Assembly (NCBI RefSeq): GCF_006345805.1
Contig: NC_043013.1
Span: 39,494,001-39,558,000 of the forward strand
Direction of reading: 5' to 3'
Source of the DNA: Octopus sinensis
Taxonomy: Eukaryota
Length of the DNA: 64,000 nt
Position 1 is the stretch's first letter. Each line of letters starts with the position of its first letter. Shown piece after piece: positions 1 to 12,312 of this stretch. Both the position numbers and the translations under genes were made by a program. The notes beneath the pieces were generated by a model. That model saw only the letters and a list, made by a program, of their open reading frames with translations. It was not told where the DNA came from and ran no database searches.

Positions 1-86
1 GTCTACGATGAGTCTACGATTTTACAAATAATTTACCATCATTTTTTTCCATTTTAATGCATATTTCTTTAAATAAAGGGAAGTAA

Positions 87-701
87 CTCTCAAACTTCAC
101 ACCAATATGCGTGCTCATATGCGACGTAATATCACATCAGCAGCATTTCCTCACACCCTCCTTGCACTTGGCGAAGGCAAAATACCAGGGTATGAAAATG
201 GTAATATTGCCATCGATTCCATTTGTACCATTAAGACGCCTTCTGATCTCAGAGATGCAGTGTTCCCAGATCTACAAGCTAATTATCAGAATATGGATTG
301 GATTTGCAAAAAGGCTATACTGGCCCCGAGGAATAAAACTGTTCGCCATATTAATGATGAAATGCTAAAACTCATTCCTGGGGAAGTCTATGTATATCAG
401 TCTATCGATACAACTCCTGACCCAGAGGACGTCATCGACTATCCAATAGAGGTACTCAATTCCTTTGAGCACCACGGACTACCACCACACTTTCTCAAAC
501 TTAAAGTTGGTGCCCCTATAATGCTCATCAGAAATTTGGTTCCCCCAAAACAATGCATTGGCACACGTTTGATCGTTAAGTCCTTATCTCCCACCGTAAA
601 CTTATATCAATATTTGCCTGAATAATCATCATAATTCAGTGCAATCATTAACAGTACTTTCAAGCAATTCAGCCCCGAGCAACGCCGGGCAATTCTGCTA
701 G
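87..701 (+). mobile_element. Helitron 3' fragment: truncated PIF1-like helicase plus 3' hairpin and CTAG terminus
   Basis: ORF 107-625 has PIF1/Helitron helicase motifs (AILAPRN, YPIEVLNS, GLPPHFLKLKVGAPIMLIRNL, GTRLIVK). GC hairpin cccgagcaacgccggg at 674-689, then CTAG at 698-701 followed by T. Confidence 0.85.
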
Positions 702-815
702 TATATATATATATATATATACATACGTACACACATGCATATATATATACATACATACATACATACATACATACATACATACATACATACATACATACAT
801 ACATACATACATACA

Positions 816-851
<36 letters not shown>

Positions 852-861
852 TATATATACG
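702..861. repeat. (TA)n/(TACA)n microsatellite
   Basis: Direct reading. Confidence 0.95.
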
Positions 862-864
862 TAC

Positions 865-995
865 GTCGGACTTCTTTCAGTTTCAATTTCTCCCTACAAA
901 ATCCACTTACAAGGTTTGACCAGTACTTGCCCAAGGTACCACGTAGTGAGACTGAACCCTAGACAATGTGGTTGGGAAGCAAGCTTCTTACTAGA
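865..995 (-). mobile_element. tRNA-derived SINE family A, 5' fragment
   Basis: Reverse complement matches the head of the full copy at 7805-8205. Confidence 0.7.
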
Positions 996-1327
996 AGCTC
1001 TGCACCAAGAAATATTTGCTATTATAAAGTGGATTCTTTACGTGTTTTTAAACACGAGCATGTTTAGTTCATTGAAAAAATTCATTCTAATATTAAAATT
1101 ATTAATGGAGTATTATTTCACATCCTGTCGTCCTTTGATTTATTTATTTGTGAAATTTTTTTTTTTATTTGTGTCTTGTTTAACTTTTCAGATATTGATA
1201 GGTACTGTTCCTACTATACTTCATTTATTGAATATTCCTTTAATTCTGCTATTCACAGTTATGGGAGAATCCTGAACGTTACAACGTGACTGAAGATGAA
1301 CTAACCGATTACAATAGATAAGATCTG

Positions 1328-1425
1328 AAGGCGGCGAGCTGAGAGAAACGTTAGCACGCCCGGCGAAATGCTTACCGGTATTTCGTCTGCCGCTACGTTC
1401 TGAGTTCAAATTCCGCCGAGGTCGA
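1328..1425 (+). mobile_element. tRNA-derived SINE family B, head fragment
   Basis: aaggcggcgagct...gagttcaaattccgccgaggtcga, matches many copies in the window; A-box and B-box-like motifs. Confidence 0.8.
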
Positions 1426-2329
1426 GGGGACAGATTAAATAACTAGAAATGCGTACAATAATGTATACCTTGTGCATGCATACAGTAATATACCTACAGT
1501 TATCGATATATGCATCCAAGGATATATACATACATGACTACAAGCATATATATATAGATATATACAATTATCGATGTATGCATGCGTGAACATATGCATG
1601 CGAGTTTGAAATTATGTATGCGTGTTAGTTTTATAGCTTTTGAGTGTGCGTGCGCGTATTCGTTCGCATCACTGCTTCCATATTCTTTTCATAAGATTTA
1701 CTGAACTGATTTGTCTTAATCACCATCGGCTATTTAATCAATTAAAAACAAAAGAAGTTCAGCAAAATAAGATCGGAAGCTCGAGTTCTGGGACACTTTC
1801 ACATTTCTTTGAAGTGAATCCTGAAGCGGAAATATCTTCTTTGTAAAATTACATGTCAAAAAGACAAACAAATTTGTTTGAGGAAGGTCGATCGACATTT
1901 TCAGAGCTAATTCCATACTAAACAATAACGGAAACAAAACTATATACATGTGTGTGTTTATGTATGCATCTATGTAATCTATGCATGTATATTATATATA
2001 TATGAATATATATATATATACACACATATATATACATATATATACATATATATATATATATTATATATATATATATATATATACATACATAAATACATAC
2101 ATACATATATACATACATATATATATATAATATATATATATATAAATGAGCAACAATGATGTATAAGTGTCAATTCATTACGGCCGTTTCGAGCGACCCC
2201 TTTAATAGATCAACGAAAGCATTACGTCATTACAAAGGGAACCATTCCCATCGAATGACCACATAGACCTCAAGCACAAAGGACAAGTTAGATATTTAAA
2301 TATATTCATATCATCAATAGAGAGCAAAT

Positions 2330-4110
2330 GTTTACAATGATTCCTCTGCTAAAGCGTTGGGCAGAATGAAAAAGGACAGTACAGCGTCAGACAAGCCAGA
2401 AATTAGCATTTGTTGGAGGTAGGGGGATGAATGAGAGTAATGACTTCGTTATCTACATATCAAAGACAATAGGGAGAATGTAGTCTTCAAAACGTCTAAA
2501 ATTAGATCTTTAGGGAGCTGTAAATAATTAGTGTCATGACAGACCGTTCTACTGATAAATTGGAACTTTACATCCGGCTATATCAACTCCAAATGGTTGG
2601 TTATGGGGTATAAACGATAATATCTGATGGAGGAGTGGTGATAATAGATAGAGAAGAGGGGATAGGGATGGCTAATAATGCTTATTACTAACTTAAAGGA
2701 AAAATTAATAGCATTACCAATAAGGAAGGGTCAACTGGCACCAGCGATTTAAGTGATTTAAGTGAGGAAGAATTTTGATGAGTTGCAGGAAGTAATTAGG
2801 AAAGAAGTAAGAAACAAATTGCCAACATTAAAATGAACTACATTCTGATATCAGTAGGATATATACTAAAAATATTGGTGACACTAACTTATTGATTTAT
2901 GTAGCAGAGGTAGTAGTTACTAGAAGATTAGATATTCCGCAAGGAAAGATTAGAAAAGAGCAAATGTGGAAAAGGATACAACAAAATAAAGTGAAGTCTT
3001 TAAGACAAGATTGCAGTAGAATAGAAACCTGGAAACTGAACAAGATAGGAAACACAAGATTAAAATATTCTCTTGAGAAATGATTCTTAGTCAAAGAGAA
3101 AAGATTTGGTACACTCATAGAAGAGTAGAAACGGTGTGTATCAGAGAAAGAGCAGGTAAGCTTTCCAGATATCAGAAAAGAAAAGATCAGTATCAACAAA
3201 ATAGATTATTTCAGACAAACCAGAAGAGATTTTATATCAAGTAAATATTGGGAAAGAAATTCTTGAAGATGAGAAACCTAATGCAGAAGAAACTAGAAAG
3301 TTCTGGAGTAATATTTGGGATAAGCCAGTCAATCATAATGGAGATACAGTATGATTAAAGAAAGTGAGTGAGAATCAGACAGATCTAAGTGCATTAATGA
3401 GAAAAGTTTAGGAAAAAAGCCGAATTGGAAGGTCCCAGGACCAGATCTAGTTCAAGGGTACTGGTTAAATAATTTTAGTAGTCTACATGGGAGGCTGAGG
3501 GAATGTCTTCAGGTTTGTCTTTATGGAAGAAAAATACCAGATTGGATGACTAGATGGAGAACAGTACTCCTTATGAAAGACAAAAACAAGGGTAATACAG
3601 CTAGCAATTATATACCAGTCACTTACTTACCATTAGTGTGAAAGCTGTTAACAGGAATGCTTTCAGAAAATATTTACGTGCACATAGACAACCAGAATTT
3701 ACTGCCAGACGAACAAAATGGCTGCAGGCTAGAAAAGTGCATGATATATTATACATAGACAAAGCAGTTCTAAATGAAGTAAATTCCAGAAAGAAAATAT
3801 AACAATAGCATGGAGAAATTACATGAAAGACTATGACATGATCCCACACTTATAAGTGAATATTTGAGTATATTCAATATAGCAGACAACATAAGAGAAA
3901 TAATGAATTAATAGTAAGGAAAAAAATTAACCATTTGCTCTACATGGATGATGTGAAGCTTTAGAATAAGAATGAAAATAATATAGATTCCTTAAGACAG
4001 ACTGTAAGACCCTTCAGCAAAGATATAAACATGGAATTTGGTATAGATAAGTGTGCAATATTAGACCTGAAAGGAGGTAGGTAGTCAATAGTGAAGGCAT
4101 CCAATTACCA
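2330..4110 (+). mobile_element. Decayed R4/Dong-like non-LTR retrotransposon, RT region
   Basis: Interrupted frames read DKNKGNTASNYIPVTYLPLV*KLLTG, EQNGC and HLLYMDDVKL (YMDD at 3941-3952); many stops and frameshifts. Confidence 0.8.
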
Positions 4111-4118
4111 GATGGCCA

Positions 4119-4183
<65 letters not shown>

Positions 4184-4322
4184 ACACACATATATATATA
4201 TACATATACATATACATATCTATATGTAATACAATTTTCTGAATCTTCGGAGACTTTTCAATATGTTAGGTCACTGGTTTAAGTTGATATTAATCTAATT
4301 AATATCAAATTTTACCCTTATC

Positions 4323-4422
<100 letters not shown>

Positions 4423-4847
4423 ACTGCATCGTCCACCAACGTTAAAGATATTAAGAGTTTTTACAATTTATCATTCTAGAAGCTAATCATCGTGTACAGC
4501 CTCCATAACAGTTATAATATTTCTAAAAGCTTCCTGAACCCTCTCTTATAGATCCCAATAATTTTAAATTATAAGGTAATATTTTATTCATCTACTTTAT
4601 TCTAAATAACACTATGTGACAAAATATTTATTTGTTTATTTATTTGTCCTACGTTACCAAGTGTTATTACCCATTTGTTTCTATCTTGGAATCCAACGAA
4701 ATGTCTACATTCCACCCATTTCTGAGATTTAATTAATTTTAATATCGTTCTTCTGGTAAGTAGGACTATATATTGTATGTTCTTAATATATTCTTAGCAT
4801 ATATCTATATACTTATATCTATATATTTTAAATGTATTTTTAATATA

Positions 4848-6138
4848 CGAGGGACTTTCGATAAGTAATGCCCCTGACCCACTTGCAGTTTTTAGATCTA
4901 GCTGAAATTGTGCATGTGTAATCATTTATGTTTCTATAGAGTAAGTGACAAATTACAGCTCTGAACTAATTGTGGTTTCTGATTTACAGGTATTTGAACT
5001 GAGTCAAGTGTGAAATGGAGCCTGTTGAGTGTCGAGCAGTGATCCGGTTTTTGTATTTGAAAGGACGCACACCACGGGAGACTTTTGATGAAATGAAAGT
5101 AACTTATGGTGATGATGCTCCATCATATGACCTTGTAAAACGCTGGCATCGTGAATTCAAACATGGTCCGAACTCTGTGGAAACAGCTCCCAGATCTGGT
5201 CGCCCCGCTTCTGCCATTGATGAGGCATCTGTCCGTCAAGTTGAGGCTGCCATTTTGGAAGATCGACGCATAATTATTCGCCAAATAGCCCATGAGGTCA
5301 AGTTTAGTACCGGGTCTGTGGAAACTATCATTCATGACCATTTGCATATGCAAAAGGTGTCTGCTAGATGGATTCCCAGGTTGCTCACGCCTTTCCAGAA
5401 GCAAGAACGCGTCGAGTGCTCGAGGATGAATTTGGAGATGTGCCAAGAAGATGAGTCAAAATCTTTCAAAAGACTGATTACACAGGATGAAACCTGGGTC
5501 CATCACGATGATCCAGAGACCAAAGCCCAGTCAATGCAGTGGAAGCACCGTGACTCACCCCCTCCAAAGAAGGCAAGGGTGCAGCCCTCCGCTGGCAAGG
5601 TCATGCTCACAGTCTTCTGGGACCAGGACGGAGTAGTGATGACAGATTTCCTGGCAAAAGGTACCACAATTACAGGAGCCTATTATGCTTCACTTTTGAG
5701 GAAATTAAGAGAAGTTATCAAAATCAAGAGGCGGGGCAAGATCAGCAAAGGCATCCTCCTCCTGCAGGAAAACGCTCCGGTCCACAACTCGCTTGTCGCC
5801 AGATCAGAAGCACAGGCGTATGGCTATGAACTCCTCCCCCATCCCCCTCCTTTCCTGACTTTGCACCCTCTGATTTCCCCACTTCCCAGTCATGAAGTTG
5901 TTTTTGAAAGGAAAGCGTTTCCCAGATGATGCAGCCTTGATTTCTGAAGTCACGTTCAGGTTGGAGGACCAAGCTGGGGTCTTCTATAAAAACGGTCTCC
6001 AGAGCTGCATCAAACGATGGGAGAAATGCGTAACTCTGGGTGGTTCCTATGTAGAAAAAGACTAATAACTGTGCTAAGTTTCGTTGCTCTACTGCTATGG
6101 GAAGTGGGTCAGGGGCATTACTTATTGAAGGCCCCTCG
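4848..6138 (+). mobile_element. Full-length mariner (DD34D-type) element, 1291 bp
   Basis: 37-bp TIRs at 4848-4884 and 6102-6138 (3 mismatches), with TA on both sides. Confidence 0.95.
5015..6065 (+). pseudogene. Disrupted mariner transposase
   Basis: HTH region, WIPRLLT, TQDETW (D at 5486), LQENAPVH (second catalytic D appears as E at 5768), frameshifts around the YSPDL motif. The C-terminus RWEKCVTLGGSYVEKD* ends at 6065 in another frame. Confidence 0.9.
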
Positions 6139-6241
6139 TAATTGAAGGTTCTTTATATATATTTATATATCGGTATATTTTTAGTACATGATTTTGTGCC
6201 GATAATTATTTTACAAAGTAACATATCTTGTGTCTCCCATC

Positions 6242-6276
<35 letters not shown>

Positions 6277-6367
6277 ATATATATAATATATATATATGTG
6301 TGTGTGTGGGGGGGGGGTGTATGTATCACATCTAAACTAACTATGACTTAATTTTTCCTCTCACACC

Positions 6368-6419
6368 GTCTCCGATGAAGGGATATTATTAATTAATATC
6401 TTAGAAACAGCTGCAAGAC
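6368..6419 (+). ncRNA. Decayed minimal type I hammerhead ribozyme (PLE-type)
   Basis: gtct-CCGATGA-stem II-GAAAC-AGCT-GCA-agac. Core C/T change, and the cleavage triplet reads GCA instead of GTA. Confidence 0.6.
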
Positions 6420-6493
6420 CTATCTTTAAATGCTCTAATGTCTATACAGCCTTGTTTTTTTATCTTATTACGCAAAAAATTCTCATATATATA

Positions 6494-6566
<73 letters not shown>

Positions 6567-6606
6567 CATACATACATACATACATACATACATACATACA
6601 TACACA

Positions 6607-6639
<33 letters not shown>

Positions 6640-6827
6640 GGTAAATGAAAGATAAAAGATGGAATAAACGAGAAATTTCAAACAGCGAGAAAAGTATTTA
6701 AAATAACCATTAACAGATAAGGGTGCATAAACGCCCACCTGCAAGCTTTTCTCGCTGTATTGCGTGTCCGTTTACCATATACATAACGAACACAGTGAAA
6801 GTGGCCGTGCTTTACTACCGGTAAGCA

Positions 6828-6911
<84 letters not shown>

Positions 6912-6955
6912 GAATTTATCTGTAATATAATATGCGACAATTATTCGGTTGCCAT

Positions 6956-7016
6956 AATAAGACTCCGAGTTTCGGATATCGGGACGGAAATCTGCTCCGG
7001 CATCTCGTCAGTTATC
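6956..7016 (-). ncRNA. Type I hammerhead ribozyme candidate (left arm)
   Basis: gataa-CTGACGA-GATG...TATC-C-GAAA-CT-CGG-AG-TC-ttatt. 5-bp stem I, GTC triplet at 6963-6961, one bulged C in stem II. Confidence 0.65.
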
Positions 7017-7692
7017 AAGGCAATTAAAAAATGCTAAGAAAATGACCGTTAAACAAAGAGAAATTACTATGTAATTGACTGTTATTAAGACAAAATAGCT
7101 ATTAGAATGACCGTCAAATAAGGGAAAAACCGAAGGGGAGAATGTAAAAAAAAGCAAAATGCTCATAGAAATCGCGTATGCACGCATGTACATACATACA
7201 CATACGCGTATGCATACCCACGTAATTATGTGTATGCTCGCTCACACTCGCATGAAACACATACATGCACACCCACACATACGCCTATATATGCACATAT
7301 TTCTGCAACCGTACATGTACCCAAATACATATCTACACACACGTGCACATACCCATACGTCTAAATCCGCATATGCTATATATGTGTACATATGTGTACA
7401 TGTATGTGCATATATAGACGTATGTGTGGGTGTGCATGTATGTGTATCATGCGGGTATAAGCGTTCATATGCATATAGGCACATGTAAGTGGGTTCACGT
7501 GCGCGCATGTGTATGTATGCACATGTGCGCATATGCGATTTCTATGAGCATTTTTACTTTTACTTCATCCCCTTCGGTTTTTTCCCCTTATTTGACGGTC
7601 ATTCTAATAGCTCTTTTGTCTTAATAACGTTCAATTACATAGTAATTTCCCTTTGTTTAACGGTCATTTTCATAGCATCTTTTGATTGCCTT

Positions 7693-7753
7693 GAGAACTG
7701 ATGAGATGCCGGAGCCGTTTTCCACTCTGACATCCGAAACTGAGAGTCTTATT
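7693..7753 (+). ncRNA. Type I hammerhead ribozyme candidate (right arm)
   Basis: gagaa-CTGATGA(7698)-GATG...CATC-C-GAAA(7736)-CT-GAG-AG-TC(7748)-ttatt. One mismatch in stem I. Confidence 0.6.
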
Positions 7754-7804
7754 ATGGCAACCGAATAATTGTCACGTATTATATTACAGACATATATATA
7801 GAGA

Positions 7805-8204
7805 CGCAGGAGTGGCTGTGTGGTAAGTAGCTTGCTTACCAACCACATGGATCTGGGTTCAGTCCCACTGCGTGGCTCCCTGGGCAGGTGCCTTCTACTA
7901 TAGCCTCGGGCCGACCAAAGCCTTGTGAGTGGATTTGGTAGACAGAAACTGAAGGAAACCGGTTGTATATATGTATATGTATATATGTACGTGTGTGTAT
8001 ATGTTTGTGTGTCTGTGTTTGTCCTCCCAACATCGCTTGACAACCGATGCTGGTGTGTTTACGTCCCCGTAACTTAGCGGCTTGGCAAAACACTCCGATA
8101 GAATAAGTACTAGGCTTACAAAGAATAAGTCCTGGGGTCGATTTGCTCGATTAAAGGCGACATCGCCACAGTTAAATGACTGAAACAAGTAAAAGAGTAA
8201 AAGA

Positions 8205-8205
<1 letters not shown>
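7805..8205 (+). mobile_element. tRNA-derived SINE family A, full length
   Basis: A-box tggctgtgtgg, B-box gggttcagtccc, internal (TA/TG) tract and gagtaaaa tail. Probably one of the known octopus OK/OR1/OR2 families (assignment not verified). Confidence 0.85.
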
Positions 8206-8255
<50 letters not shown>

Positions 8256-8519
8256 GAAATGAGGTTCTCAGAAATCCGGATGGTTTTATATTTACAGATA
8301 TTTATTAGTATGTTACATGTTTTTATGCATCATATATCATACATTAGCGCGTTCGTCCATTCTAGTGGAGTCTTCAAATTAAAGAACCTACGCGTAGATT
8401 TTGAAATTGTTTGTCAATTCACATCAAAACTAAAATAAGCAAAGATAAATTCAAAAATAATTCCTTATCTTGGTAACTCTGGGCTGCGTCTTATTTTCAC
8501 ATAAAGTTATGCACGTGAG

Positions 8520-9405
8520 TAGAAATACTATTGGTTTCATAATTTAGTACAACACCAGCAATTTCAGAAGTCGGGTAAAAAAAATTAGACCGACTGTATT
8601 GCTTAACTATCACTTATTCTAGCGACCCTGAAAGAATAGTAGGGAAAGCTGAACCCAGTGGAATTTTAACTCACAATATAAAGACGGGCGAAACGCCGCA
8701 AAGCATTTCGCCCGTCGTGCTAATAATTCTGGAAACTCGCTGACATAAGTGGAATTAAAATTCCTTTCTACTATTGGAACGAGGCCAAAAAATTGTGAGA
8801 AAGGGCTAACCAAGCACATGGACCCCAGTGCTTGACTGGTAATTATTTTATCCACACTGGAATGATGAAAGGCAAAGTCGACCTAAGCAGAATTTGAGCT
8901 CTGACACTAAGAGTAGATGAAATGCTGCTAAGCATTTTGTCTTGTTTGTTAACGAGTTTGACTTTTTAGTATAAGGCCAACAATTTCAGAGCCAATGGTA
9001 AATCTATTAAATTAGCTCCAGTGCTCGACAGTTACTTTCTTTATCGGTTCGAAAGGATAAAAGCCAAAATCGACTACTGTTGAATTTGAACTCAGATCAT
9101 AAAAATGGAAGAATGCTGCAAATCATTTTGCCCGTAATTCTAACGATTTTTCCAGTTCGCCGCCTTACCTATTTCTTTACTACTCCCAAGGGGCTACACA
9201 CAGAGGGAACAAACAAGGACAGACAAACGGATTAAGTCGATTATATCGACCCCAGTGCGTTACTAGTACTTATTTAATCGACCCCGAAAGGATGAAAAGC
9301 AAAGTCAACCTCGGCGGAATTTGAACTCAAAACGTAAATGCAGACGAAATACCGGTAAGCATTTCGCCCGGCGTGCTAACGTTTCTGCCAGCTCGCCGCC
9401 TTACC
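8520..9405 (-). mobile_element. Cluster of SINE family B copies
   Basis: Repeated reverse-complement motifs ccgaaaggatgaaaggcaaagtcgacctcggcggaatttgaactc. Confidence 0.8.
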
Positions 9406-9942
9406 AGCACGCAATAACTATTGCAATTGCTATTAGCGTTTAGTGTTTGGGTACGTATGTATGTAAAAAAGTATGTATGTATATATGTATGTATGTATGT
9501 ATGTAATTATGTGTGTATGTATGTATGTATGTATGTATGTATGTATGTATGTATGTATGTATGTATGTATGTATATATGTATGTATGTATGAGTGTGTGT
9601 CTGTGTTTGGATGGATGGATTGGTGAAGACGCATGTCATGCTGTTTACGTTATTCAGAATCGGTGGGTGAGTCGTATCCTTGAGTAATACGCATTAATTT
9701 ACGTTGCTTCCCCCAGGGGTCTCTTGCAGCTCTCAGTCCTTCAAACTATCAAATTATGGATGATCAAATGCCGCAGTGGGTTGGGCAGGCTGTGAGAAGT
9801 TTTCTATGCCTCCACGAAACTACATAATCACATGCAACAGTTGACAAATGCCTGTTAGCTGTTACCAAGATATACTCTATGAATATAGAGTATATCTATA
9901 TTCTATAGACTTATTCTATTGCATCATTTATATTTGTATATA

Positions 9943-10167
9943 CGGGACGGTGCTGAACAGTTCCTGGCTTTGAGTAAAAGAAAATATAGGAGGACCAGTT
10001 AATTATAATAGTATTGAATTTATTCAACAAATTCCCCTCTCAGATTACTACCCTTAACGCAGCAGTCCTTCACTTTTTCTAAGCCCTATAAAATATCTGG
10101 GAAGTTTTGACCTCCAGCCACACCTTTCGCAATACCATTAAAGCCAGGGTTTTTCAGCACTCCCTTG
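9943..10167. mobile_element. Mariner-type MITE
   Basis: TA-flanked, with imperfect TIRs cgggacggtgctgaacagttcctggcttt / aaagccagggtttttcagcactcccttg. A second copy lies at about 52415-52592. Confidence 0.75.
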
Positions 10168-10716
10168 TATGTATAAATGTATGTACACATGTTTTTGTGT
10201 CTGTGTAATTTGTTTTATGTATTAGAATCATTCCTAGTAAAACGAACTTGTTACTTGCAAAGAACAAAGATCGATCACTTTAATTTATTAACAACAATGA
10301 TAAATGTAACATTTTGAACTTCAGAATATCTTGCATATTGTTGCTTTTCTCCCTATAAATTGTATCTGTAATGTGCGTGTTAAGTGTCTGGTTCTCTGAC
10401 TTGAAACCCAAGCATTTCCCGATTGCCACTTAAGCATTTACAACGTAACCAAGTATATCAGTAATTATCGTTATCAGAAACAGCCTCATGGATGGTGTAA
10501 TGAAATTGAAGTAAGATGTTGAAGCATCCCTTCTGCGAGTTTATTTTTTCAACAGTAAAGGGAGCTATTTTTCGGAGAGATAAGCTATCAAATACCCCTT
10601 TCTTCTGTCTTCCCACATAGCCTACACATAAACTAACAGAGAATACAGCTTAAAGTTAAATTGGTATGGAGCTTTCTGAAAGATACGTATAGCTTTTGCT
10701 AGTGGAAGCAAAACTA

Positions 10717-10883
10717 TTATTTAAAGGTTGATTCTTTAAGATGAATCATATGGGATTGTTTAAAGAAGGCTAGAACGTCAATGCTAAAAGATATTTCGAA
10801 ACAATGGACAACTGTCGAAGCATCATAACGGATCGGTAAATAAGCATCCTTAAAGTGAAACAACGCATTGGTAGGTAAACAAC
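10717..10883 (-). CDS. Candidate terminal coding exon, unknown product (weakly PAN-like)
   Basis: Strong acceptor cccttccctttcttctatttgttgatAG; phase-1 open frame GCLPTNALFHFKDAYLPIRYDASTVVHC...K*. No upstream exon identified. Confidence 0.3.
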
Positions 10884-11217
10884 CTATCAACAAATAGAAG
10901 AAAGGGAAGGGAACATCACATTTCAACTAACTCAGAATAGCTAAAGGTAAGCTTTTTAAAGTTTCATGCAGTTTAAATATGGAAATTTAGATTGTTTTGT
11001 ATTGGATATTCATCGCGTAGAGTGTTCCTAGTCAATTCAGTTACCGCGGCAGGTGGACAGTGGAAATAAATAGACAAAATCCTTTCACATTTATTAAAAG
11101 ATTTAAAAGGTATGGAAGACCCTACATACAAAAAAAAAACAATGTCCATTTAGTTCTATTTACCCGGGAGCTCTGGGCAAAATATTTAGTGTATGACCAT
11201 CCTTGGGACATACGTAA

Positions 11218-11560
11218 TCTTTATATATATAAAACTGAGAATGTGTGGCTGTCTGTCTGTGTGTTTCCCTAAATCTTGAGAACTACACAACCAATTTTAT
11301 TCAAATTTTACACATGCCTTATTTAGGGTAACTTTTTGCCTAGAGCCCACTTGCAATATCATATCTTCTCCACTACGATTCCCTAAAACTTGAGAACTAC
11401 ACAACTAATTTCATTTAAATTTTACACATGCCTTACTTAGGGTCCATGTAGTTTCAGGGGCAAAAAAATGTTCAGCTTCTTGCCTAGAGCGAGCCCATAG
11501 CAATATCATATCTTCTTCACTATTTCAGTATTACGTGTTAAAAGTGAAACAAAAACATTT
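11218..11560 (+). mobile_element. Non-autonomous Helitron-like 5' fragment with an internal tandem duplication
   Basis: A|TC start tctttatatatataaaactgag. The ccctaaa...gagaactacacaac block occurs twice. Confidence 0.5.
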
Positions 11561-11789
11561 CTCTATTTTATAAAGTATAATATAATCGTAACATAACAAA
11601 AGTAAAAATAGCAATTGATATAAAATTGCCTCAATGACTTGAACTTGAATAAGTGGTTACACATGAATCGGAATAAATTAAAATTAAAAGTATTGTGCAG
11701 AAATGGAATAGTCCAGATGGATAATAAAAAATTAAATTGAAGAAAAGACAATTGTCTATAAAGTATACAATGTAGAGTATTGTGGAAAT

Positions 11790-12063
11790 GTAAGCGTTCA
11801 GTGTTCCTAGTCCCTTTAAAACCCATCGCTGGTGGATAGGGGAAATAAAAAGACAAAGATATAAATGTATGGAAGACCCTACATGCAAAAACTATGTCCA
11901 TTTACGTCTGTTTACGCGGGGGTTCTGGGCAAAATGTTATAATGCATGACCATCCTTAGAACATAAGTAACGTGTGTGTAAAGTTTGATGAAAATCGATT
12001 GAGAATTGTGGAAATGTATACATTAGTCATTATACACACATACTGGGATTTATATGTACTAGA
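11790..12063 (-). mobile_element. Non-autonomous Helitron-like fragment (second partial copy at about 11045-11217)
   Basis: A|TC start on the minus strand at 12063. The atggaagaccctaca...gaccatcctt block is shared with 11110-11210. Confidence 0.45.
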
Positions 12064-12174
12064 TACAAGATAATATAATAAATAATTAAAATAAATAAAA
12101 AGCCAACAATTTGTTTCGACTCATATCCACTAATGAATTTATAAACAATTTGTCTGTGTGCGTGCGCGCGTGTG

Positions 12175-12245
<71 letters not shown>

Positions 12246-12247
12246 CA

Positions 12248-12312
<65 letters not shown>

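Larger units (their letters stand above)
6919..7790. mobile_element. 872-bp fold-back element with about 290-bp diverged inverted arms and a CA/TA-rich spacer
   Basis: 6919 tctgtaatataat... is the reverse complement of ...attatattacaga 7790. The arms align by eye for about 290 bp. Confidence 0.85.

Noticed and set aside
1755-1840. Possible minus-strand terminal exon EDISASGFTSKKCESVPELELPILFC*
   Set aside because: Mediocre acceptor, short, and no homology recognised.
9717-9830. Plus-strand acceptor and frame GSLAALSPSNYQIMDDQMPQWVGQAV
   Set aside because: Short, unrecognised, and without a compatible neighbouring exon.
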